64,000 bases of DNA, from positions 31,498,001 to 31,562,000 of the forward strand of contig CM052817.1 in NCBI GenBank assembly GCA_028534125.1, in the 5' to 3' direction. Below are positions 53,910-64,000 of the stretch, one piece after another. Source of the DNA: Lama glama (lineage: Eukaryota). The notes beneath the pieces are model-generated. The model was not told where the DNA came from. It saw only the letters and a list, made by a program, of their open reading frames with translations, and made no database searches. The stretch's first letter is position 1. Each line of letters opens with the position of its first letter. The translations under genes and the position numbers were made by a program.

Positions 53910-54670
53910 TCTCCTTTGATCCATCCAGCCATCCAACATGTACTGAGTACTCAATTCAGCACTAAACCCCCAGAAATACAAAGATAGGAAAGCTACGAAC
54001 CCTGCCCTCAAAGAGCTGAAAGTCCAATGGGGACACAGGTATATAAATAAAGTCAAACAACCAAGATGTCACAATAAAAATATGGGCACAGAGGGCTGAG
54101 GTGGACTGGGGATTCTACCACTGGTGAGAGGAATACAGGAAAGGCTTCAGAGAAGGTGGGGACTGAGCTGAGTCAGACAAGATAACTAAGTGTTTTACCA
54201 GCCACTCAGCACATTTTTTGATGGGTAAAATAGTGAACGGATAGACAAATCCTGGCAGGCAGGTAGAGGGCTATATCACTCCACAGTGATTGAACAATAT
54301 TAACAAAGGCACAGTGTGAAAGAGTAACTGTGGGTAGAAGATCCAGCTGGGAGTGGAGGAAAGAGAGAGGGAAGACAAGGAAAACAGGCATCAAGTACCT
54401 TGTATTCTACACCAAGAAGTTTTAACTTCATCCTAGAGCAGATGTAAAGCTATAGGTTTTAAATAACCCTCTAATGGTTATATAGTTGAAGATGAAGGTC
54501 CAAGAGTAGAATCAACTAAGAGCAGCGATCCACCAAGAGAATGGAGTTGGGAGCTGCAATAAAGTTGCAATGAAGGGAAGGAGAATTCATAGGAGTTGGT
54601 AAGAGATCTGATGTATGCTGGGTTGAAGTAATGATGGCAAAGGAGGAGTTAAGGGTGTAAAGAGATAGAA
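53910..54670. mobile_element. L2 LINE relic
   Basis: ccctgccctcaaagagctgaaagtccaatgggg; ggaaaggcttcagagaagg. Confidence 0.65.
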
Positions 54671-55166
54671 AATATACATGAAAGTAATGTCTTTTTTTTA
54701 ACACCTTTACTGTGTCATAATTCCTGTACAGTAAACTACAAATATTTCAGATGTAAAATTTGATGAATTTTGGTAGATGAATACGCCAATGAAACCACCA
54801 CCACAATCAAGATAGCTAATATTTTCATCACTCCCCAAGAGGTGCAAATTTTGAATTCCCAACTTATTCCTTCCAACCCCCTTTACTCACTGGTAATCAT
54901 AAGTTTGTCCTCTATGTCTGTGAGTCTGTTTCTGTTTTGTAGATAAGTTCATTGGTGTCCTTTTTTTAGATTCCACATATAAGCAATATCATATGGCATT
55001 TTCTTTCTCTTTCTTACTCATTAAAGTAATTTCTAAACTATAAAAACAATTGAAGAACATTGTTTTATGAAGTCCAATTACATAGTGGCAGAGATGAGAC
55101 AAAAACCCTGTCTAGTGTTAATTTTCTTCTACCATGAAGAAATATTTTTTAAAAAATCATAACTGA

Positions 55167-56904
55167 CCACAAAGGACCTAGAATTGCCAAACATTACTGA
55201 AGAAAAAGAAAGAGGCTGGAGGAATAACTCTCTTCAGACAATACTACAGAGCTACAGTCATCAAGACAGCATAGGATTGGTACAAAAACAGACATACAGA
55301 CCAATGGAACAGAATAGAGAGCCCAGAAATGAACCCAAAAACTTCTGGTCAACTAATCTTCAACAAAGGAGGCAAGAATATACAATGGAATAAAGACAGT
55401 CTCTTCAGCAAATGGTGTTGGGAAAACTGGACAGCAGCATGTAAATCAATGAAGCTAGAACACTGCCTTATACCATGCACAAAAATAAACTCAAAATGGA
55501 TCAAAGACTTACACATAAGACAAGATACAATAAACCTCCTAGAAGAAAACATAGGCAAAACATTATCTGACATACATCTCAAAAATGCTCTCCTAGGGCA
55601 GTCTACCCAAGCAATAGAAATAAAAGCAAGAATAAATAAATGGGGCCTAATTAAACTTACAAGCTTCTGCACAGCAAAGGAAACCATAAGTAAAACAAAA
55701 CAACCACCTACGGAATGGGAGAAAATTTTTGCAANNNNNNNNNNNNNNNNNNNNNNNNNNNNNNNNNNNNNNNNNNNNNNNNNNNNNNNNNNNNNNNNNN
55801 NNNNNNNNNNNNNNNNNNNNNNNNNNNNNNNNNNNNNNNNNNNNNNNNNNNNNNNNNNNNNNNNNNNNNNNNNNNNNNNNNNNNNNNNNNNNNNNNNNNN
55901 NNNNNNNNNNNNNNNNNNNNNNNNNNNNNNNNNNNNNNNNNNNNNNNNNNNNNNNNNNNNNNNNNNNNNNNNNNNNNNNNNNNNNNNNNNNNNNNNNNNN
56001 NNNNNNNNNNNNNNNNNNNNNNNNNNNNNNNNNNNNNNNNNNNNNNNNNNNNNNNNNNNNNNNNNNNNNNNNNNNNNNNNNNNNNNNNNNNNNNNNNNNN
56101 NNNNNNNNNNNNNNNNNNNNNNNNNNNNNNNNNNNNNNNNNNNNNNNNNNNNNNNNNNNNNNNNNNNNNNNNNNNNNNNNNNNNNNNNNNNNNNNNNNNN
56201 NNNNNNNNNNNNNNNNNNNNNNNNNNNNNNNNNNCAGTATGGAGATTCCTCAAAAGACTAGGAATAGACTTACCATATGACCCAGGAATCCCACTCCTGG
56301 GCATAAATCCAGAAGGAACCCTACTTCAGGATGACACCTGCACCCCAATGTTCATAGCAGCACTATTTACAATAACCAAGACATGGACACAGCCTAAATG
56401 TCCATCAACAGATGACTGGATAAAGAAGATGTGGTATATTCATGCAATGGAATACTATTCAGCCATAAAAACCAAGAACATAACACCATTTGCAGCAACA
56501 CGGATGTTCCTGGAGAATGTTGTTCTAAGTGAAGTAAGCCAGAAAGAGAAAGAAAAATACCGTATGAGATCGCTCACATGCAGAATCTAAACAAACAAAC
56601 AAACAAACAAAAAACATAAATACAAAACAGAAACAGACTCATAGACATAGAATACAAACTTGTGGTTGCCAGGAGGTCGGGGGGGTGGGAAGGGACAGAC
56701 TGGGGTTTCAAAATGTAGAATAGATAAACAAGATTGTACTGTGTAGCACAGGGAAATATATACAGGATCCTGTGGTGGCTCACAGTGAAAGAGAATGTGA
56801 CAATGAATGTACATATGTTCATGTATAACTGAAATTATTGTGCTCTAAATTGGAATTTGACACAATATTGTAAAATGACTATAATTCAATTAAAAAATGT
56901 TTTT
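55167..56904 (+). mobile_element. Young 5'-truncated L1 spanning an assembly gap
   Basis: Long open ORF2 C-terminal frames (KWCWENW...EWEKIFA; VWRFLKRL...SEVSQKEK). TSD aaaaaa(t)cataactga at 55151-55166 / 56905-56919. Confidence 0.95.
55735..56234. other. Assembly gap (500 N)
   Basis: Run of N. Confidence 1.
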
Positions 56905-57246
56905 AAAAAACATAACTGAAAGTAACAAATAAAAATATCTTCAAAGTTTTAAAATAAAACTTTACCTGTGTTACAGAGAGATTCAATAGATTTTTTTTTC
57001 TAATTTTCCCTGGAATATCAAGGTTGTTTCAAAGGTGGGCTTTGAAAGAATAGCCCTGCAATTCATTAGTATCGGACCTTGTGCAGGTTTTTTAACTTCC
57101 TGAGCCTCACGTCACTCATTTTTTAAATGGAGGGAACTAATAAGACTTATACAGCATTTTGAGGAATAAAGAAAATAATCCATGTACTTAGCACAGTGCC
57201 TCGCCTGTATTTTGTACTCAATAAACTGTATCATAGTTACTATTAA

Positions 57247-57787
57247 TGTGCAGAAAAGAGTTAACATAACAGGCCTCTGAGACTGAAAAAGGTTGGCCCT
57301 TGCCTGGCATCTGGAAACTTGGAATCTGAGAGGCAGAGGATCCTACCATCCCCAGTACTGATAAGAACAGCTCATTGTGCATAAACTGTACAAACACTAT
57401 GATTTAAGCTGAACACCTGCTTTCCTTCTGGAGTCTGGAATTTGGGTACATGCCTAGACAGAAGGTGACTATATGACCAGCCTCCAACAGAACCCTTGGG
57501 CACTGAGTCTCTAATGAGGCTCCCAGGTAGAAAACATTTCACAACCATCACAATTTGGTGGTAGAAGAATTATACATCCTCTTTGTGACTCCAGTGAAAA
57601 GGGTCTCTTGCAAGCTTGTGGCTGGTTTCCTCCAGACTTGCCTCATGCACCTTTTCTCTTGCTAATTTTGCTTTGTCTCCTTTCACTGAAATAAATCATA
57701 CCTGTTGAGTTCAACTACATGCTGAGCCCCATGAGTTCTCCTAGTGAATCATCGACCCTGGGGGTGGCCTTGGGGATCCCTGACACA
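57247..57787 (+). mobile_element. MER68-like solo LTR (copy 2)
   Basis: TG...CA ends (tgtgcagaaaagagttaac...ccctgacaca) and AATAAA near 57690. Confidence 0.8.
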
Positions 57788-59177
57788 ACTAGTCTCCCTA
57801 CCCCTCAACTGTAGAAACCATTTGCCAGTTTCCATACCAGAGGACTGTTACACTCAACAAACCAACCACAGTGGTAATACCAAAGTCCAGCTATAAAAAC
57901 TTCCTGACTTCTTGGCTAACGATAGCTGCAGATCTACCTACTACTTGAAGTTCTTTGTATTCAACATTTCAACATATAGAAATCTCTCTACTCCTCATTT
58001 TCTCATTGTTATTTAATGGGTCTTTTTTCTGACTAAACTCCAGCCTTGCTCTTCCCTGGATTCCATCTCAAAACCACATAGAGGCTCCAGCAGGATGTCA
58101 AGTGATCTAACCCATGTGTCATTTAGTTCCTGGACCAGAAAGCAAGACCACAGTTTCCTTTGTTTTGTGTTATGATAAGTGAGAGTAAATAACATGAATT
58201 GCTAGGAAGATCTTTCATCAGTTCACTAGAAGATGCAGAAACATGAGCTAAGTGAGAAAGAGCAAGGAGGACAAGCCAAAGAATGGCCCACAGCGGCCAC
58301 TGAAACAAGTTTTCCAACAACTGACTTGGAAGAAATAGCTTGACTACATTTCTCATCATCTGGAACAGAATTCTCAGCAGACTTCAAAAAGTACAATGAA
58401 CTTACTTAACAGGAAAATTTTCAATAAAAGCTTGTTACCATCATATTGAAGGAACTAGGGTCCAAACAACCAGGAGAAAACCGATGCCTGACTCACACTG
58501 TGATCAACTGAGAGTTGTAATAAAGGACTAGTGTCACCTAATTGCTTCAAAGAAACTTGAAATCAGAGCTACAAGATCCATCTGTAGCCTATGAACAAGT
58601 AAAGTATCTCTGGGGCTACCCCAGAATGGTCCCCATGGTTTTTCTGATCCACCTAGAGTCTTATATTTTTAACACAGTATTATTTTTAGAATACCTGTTG
58701 ATTCTCATGGGTTACCCACATCACAGTGTTTTTTGGATCATGGCTTCTAGGGAGAGGGAGATGGAAATAAGAACATTCACCCATGGAAATCAAAGAACTG
58801 AGCACGTCAACCCCAGGAGGGAAGAAACACAACTGCAAAGTGCTACTGGGCTTACCTAGAAAACAGGCTGAGAGTTGTCATGAAGGAACTCAGCCCCGTA
58901 TTGTCAGAACTTGATTTTCTCAAGAATTCAGATTCTTAAGATTCCTAACTTTTTTTGTAAAGGTAACTACTTAATTTTAACTGTAGGAGGTAAACAAATT
59001 TGCAACCATATTCCCAACTGAAGGCCACAGGTATGCCAATGAACTTCAGTACCTGAGAACAGCATCCAGGAGGGATCAACATGGCCACCTGATGGGAGGA
59101 GTGGGGGTTAAGGCAGGACCAGCTAACAGGACTAGGCTCCCTGGGCCAGTCATCAGTAGCCAGAAAGGAGATGGATT

Positions 59178-59335
59178 CTTTTGGGTTGTTTTAATTGAAG
59201 TATAGTTGACTGAAAAATATTATTTTAGTTTCAGGTGTACAGCATAGTGATTAGGATTTTTTGCAGATTATATTCCAAGATTGGTTATAACAAGATATTG
59301 GCTATAATTCCCTGTGCTATACAGTAAATCAATGC
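59178..59335 (-). mobile_element. Short L1 3' end
   Basis: ttaattgaagtatagttga...ttccctgtgctatacagtaaatc. Confidence 0.8.
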
Positions 59336-59769
59336 TGTGTCAGAGGCTGGGTTTTTACATGTTATGACAACCTCCTCATTCTGCCCTTTCTGGTTTTCCT
59401 AGTGGCTTGAGGCTACTGCCAGGTAAGACAGTGGGCCAGGTTCTGATATAAGAGGGGGTCCACTGTTCTCTTTATTCTACTTAAGCTAAAGTAATTAGGG
59501 CACTTTTAAACTTGTATCATCTTTATATCATCATTTATCATCTTCAAAGTGACTTAACAATTGCAATGTCTTCCAATAGTATCAGTCCACATTTCTAAGC
59601 AAATAATGTAGGTTTCTGAGGCTTTTTCAGTTAGTAAAGGACCACGCTTTACCATGTTCACTGCTGTATTTCTATTCTTTTAAGTTCAAATTATAACAAA
59701 TCTTTATTATAAAGCAAAATTTATTAATGTTTCCCCTTAACCATATTTCAGATTTTAAAATAATTCATA

Positions 59770-60062
59770 TTTCTAGTCTTATCTGAAACTCTTTTGGAAT
59801 CCTGAATTTCTCAGATTTAATAAATGTAATATAGCATATATACCATATATTACATAACACTCCCAGCAGGAACTGGGACACCCCTAAATAATTAAACACA
59901 TTAATATTTCTGTATACACATATATGCAAAAAATTCACATTGAGTAGGATAAATAAAGACTAAAAATAGCTTCATCTAAGGTCAGGTTTTGCAACTGAAA
60001 GAGTTTTTGAAGTTTGGGTCTTCAGCACTTGGGGATTCAGGAAGGTAGGTAAAGGGCGATAG
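59770..60062. mobile_element. Probable Tigger-type DNA transposon relic
   Basis: Resembles Tigger MITE internal sequence (attacataacactcccagc...attaaacacattaatatttc); family assignment from memory. Confidence 0.4.
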
Positions 60063-61110
60063 TCATAAATCACATGAACCTACAGAATTCCACTGGTCAG
60101 AATGACAAGCCACAGCAGAAACTAACAGAGTTGAGGACCACCAGGGAGAAGCAATGCCATTCTGTCTGAATCGGGGGAACCAAAACACGGAGAAATTAGT
60201 GGAAACGAAACAAAACAGAAACAAAATAAAAACAAGTAAATCCATTTCTGAGGATTCTGCTCTAGGAAAAAAGTAGAATTAAATAAAATAAAAGCAAACA
60301 TCAAGATCGCCAACAATCCACTGTAACCAGCTAGACACTGGTATGTGGTCAACAAGGGAACCCAGTCTCTCCAGCCATTTCCTGGAACCCAGGAATATTT
60401 TTAAAAGGGAGGCACATGGCTAGACCCGTAGTCCTAGATGACACATTCACAAGATGTCAGGAGGAAAAGGTGGGCCAGGCACCACTATATATTCGTGCAT
60501 GTACCTCATCTAGTGGTAAACCAGAGACTACAACAACGGCAAAGCCTGGAGCTGGCTGACAACGTGCCCCCCACGCCAAGCCACATGCTCACTGACCAGG
60601 TCCTTAGTGAGCCACTTCTCCCTGCTTCCGTGAAAGGAACTTTGCAGTAGCTGCTCATCACAAAAACACTGAATAGTTCTGCTGTTGGTGAACTTCAGTA
60701 ATGGGTTGGGTCCACCAAATCACTAACCAGTTTTAAGTAACTTTCACTTAGTAATGAAGAAATATTAATATAAAGTGATGGACACAGATGCAGTTTATAT
60801 GTGCTAAAGAAGACTCTGATGCATAATATGGTAGTTTACAGGAAAGAGCCAGGTACGTAGTATACTTAATGAATTTCACAACGATCCAAAACTGATGTAG
60901 GAATTTGTTTCCTCCAACAAGTTAATTCAGTAGGCTGATATAAAATGTACACTTATGTATACTAAACCCATAACTCAAGACTTGTGAATAATTTCTATTC
61001 ATATCCTAAACTTCATCTTTCAAATCCAAATGATAACAAATCATTACCTTAGCTTTATTAACTTAAAGCTTATTCCATAACATTTAGGGGTGTGGGGAAC
61101 AACAGTATTA

Positions 61111-61344
<234 letters not shown>

Positions 61345-61818
61345 CTAAAGTGAGAAAATAAACAGTTGTAATAAAATGTGACATGTAAATTATCCAAGGA
61401 TACTGTCATTCCAAATTACCAAAATAGACTTTACTCTGAGCATAGGTGGAGCTGATGACTGTTAGGTTACTCTATGCACCCGGACTGAAAATGCCCAGGG
61501 CACAAGAGTTCAGCCTCTTCTTCTCCCTCAGCCCCATCCTGTTCCTCCAACTCCCAGCATTTCACAAGAATCTAATGAAGGTTTGCCGTGATGATGACTC
61601 GCTCCTCTGTACCTCCCGACCATCCCTTAGCTTGGTGGCACACTCTTCTGCACTTGATTGCAGGGAAACAATTATCTCAGATGGAAAAGTGCATCACCTG
61701 CACGGCTGGTTTAGGCTGATATTTAAATTGCCTCAGGTTCCTGGATGAGTACATAGTACAAAATGAATTACCACAGTGGTGGACAGAATTCAATCTCCAG
61801 CTCTAATAAGGACGTAAT

Positions 61819-62085
61819 CTTTTTTTTTTCTTATTGAAGTATAGTTGATTTACAACGTTGTGTTAGTTTCTGGTGTACAACACCGTGACTCAGTTATACA
61901 TATATATATTTTTTTTCATTATAGGTTATTATAGGTTTTTCATTATAGGTTATTACAAGAATATAATTCCCTGGGCTATATAGTAGGACCTTGTTGTTTA
62001 TTTTATGTATAGCAGTTTGTATCTGTTAATCTCAAACTCCTGTAATATCACTTACACGTAGAACCTAAAAAAAAGATATAAAGAT
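61819..62085 (-). mobile_element. Short L1 3' end with a small inverted 5' piece
   Basis: Poly(T) at 61819 and minus-strand 3' UTR to 62040, then plus-strand atatcacttacacgtagaacctaaaaaaaag. Confidence 0.75.
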
Positions 62086-62859
62086 CAAGCATCCTAGTCA
62101 CCAGAGCCACGAGGATGTTCTCTGATTTCTACACTACAGTTCTCTTCCCTGCAGCCCGTCTCAACCACAAGAGAAAAGGAAGCCCACCCAGCCACAGCTA
62201 ACCCTCCTCAGCTCATCTAGGAAACCCACCTCACACAGCAGCCCCTCAGCTAACCCCGTACCTCCCTGCCTACTAAGGGCAGAGCTCATCTGCATAAGTT
62301 CCTCAGCCCTATATCTGAAGCCCCCACAACCAGACTATCCACACCTACACTAATAAGCCGTCTAAATTCAACGACATTTAACTCTCTGAAAATCAGAGAT
62401 ACTCAGCAATGGTCCAAAGATTCTTACTTGAGACACGTTGAATGGACAACAGCCCTTTCTTCCCTTCGCTCCACCACACCCTTACAAGAAGTCACTGCAT
62501 ATCAAACCAGAGAGGCAACAGGAGTCATGCGAAGAGCATAAGCGGTTATCAGAGAGCAGAGCCAGGAACTTGACCCTCAGTTTGCCAGTGAGGAATTCCA
62601 CCAACTTCACACCCGCCATGACACCCCAGAAGCACCCCTACAATTCCCTGTTACCGATCTGTCGTCAACCAGTCAGGCCCTCCAATTTCTGCAAAGTTAC
62701 TTTACAACAGCTTAACCTCTGAACTTCAGTTTTCTTCATTCACAAAATATGGAAGTAAATACCGCAAGGTTATTAGTGAGGTTTAATGAGATGTGGGAGA
62801 GAACTCACTTACAATGAAAACACTATACAAATGTTTATTGCTGTTATTTCCTAATTGCA

Positions 62860-63425
62860 ATGCTCTCTTCCTAGCTCAAAGCATCATAATCTGGGTCATA
62901 ACAGTAGCTTTCCAACTGGTCTTCCTTTCACCCCTGGCTCCTGCCTCACTTTATTCAAACTACATACCCCTTATTCCCATTGGATCAACCTTCAAAGATA
63001 CCATTTTTATCCTGCCACTGCATTCACTAGAAATCCTCAGTGCCTCCCCAAGGCCTTCTCACCACATGCAGGATGAAGTCAAAACTCCTTAGACAAAACA
63101 CTGGAGAATGTCCACAATCTGGCTGTAACCTAACATCCAATCTTTACTTCCACTGCTCCCCAGACACTCCACACCCTAGTCAAAATAGTCAGCATCCATT
63201 CCCTGTCCTAGAAAATCCCCTCTCTCCACCTGTGAAAACTCTGCTAGCTCAAAAGTCACCTCTCTGATGAAGCCTTTCTGGATGGTTCCAATTAATTAAA
63301 AACCATCCAGTTCCTGTGCCCGTGATTTCTGAATCACCGTCACAGAGCTCACCATCATCTTCCATGATCTGTAGCAACTGATGTACATATTCTAACTTCT
63401 CACCTAGATTTTAAGCTCCTAAAGG
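62860..63425. mobile_element. L2 LINE relic
   Basis: gcaggatgaagtcaaaactccttag; gtcacctctctgatgaagcctttctg; ctagattttaagctcc. Confidence 0.7.
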
Positions 63426-64000
63426 AATCATTTTCAACCTTAACATTAGAATCACGTAGGGAGAATTTTTTTAGAATGTAGATGCCCAAAACCCACGCCC
63501 AGATACTTTGAATTAGTCTGGGGTGAGTCCCAGGGCATCAGGATTTAATGTGCTGGTAGATTTGAGAGCCCCAATCTTAAGTGAAGAGATTGGGCGCTTA
63601 CACTTTCTCTTTATACCACACTTGGTGTTTAGAGCAGCCTCTCAATAAGCAGCTGGATAACAGACCCAACTGATCTATTCTCCTAAGCAGAGAAATCAGA
63701 GAAAAGCTCTTGTTGCTTGGCATCTATGTTGGTCATCTTTATTTTAAATCAAAATTTTGACACTCTATCTTTTTGTTCCTGAAAAACTGTGGATGTGTAA
63801 ATATGACTTATTTGGAAATCTTCTTCTCAACTTTGTGCAACATATTTTCAATGTAGGGTAAAGATGACAACTTTCAAGAGTGGTGTATAAGGGAAAAGCA
63901 AGCTACACTCCAGAAGAACAGGCCACGTGCAAATATGGAACTCCCAGCCCAACAGGCAATACCACAGCTATCAAACAAAGGGCAGACATTGGACAGCCCA

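Noticed and set aside
38334..57246. Internal provirus between the two MER68-like LTRs
   Set aside because: The interval is too long, contains MIR, L2 and L1 sequence, and shows no gag/pol/env relics or primer-binding site.

Overview
Mammalian genomic DNA, most likely camelid because it carries Vic-1-like tRNA-derived SINEs. The window covers the 5' coding half of the TEC non-receptor tyrosine kinase gene on the minus strand. Seven spliced coding exons (numbered 2-8 by analogy to human) have canonical GT-AG ends and compatible phases, and encode the PH, Btk zinc-motif, proline-rich and SH3 regions. The noncoding first exon lies beyond the right end and the SH2/kinase exons beyond the left end. 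The rest is intron (a ~46 kb intron 2) filled with L1, L2, MIR, solo LTRs, DNA transposon relics and microsatellites, plus two 500-N gaps inside young L1s. I see no novel multi-gene system. The best leads are: a ~5.4 kb composite insertion that looks like a twin-primed (5'-inverted) L1 carrying a ~1 kb 3' transduction inside an older L1; a uORF whose stop overlaps the TEC start codon; a two-residue insertion creating a PRTP motif in the proline-rich region; and an inverted SINE pair next to the cassette SH3 exon. Repeat subfamily names and human/mouse comparisons are from memory and need RepeatMasker or alignment confirmation.
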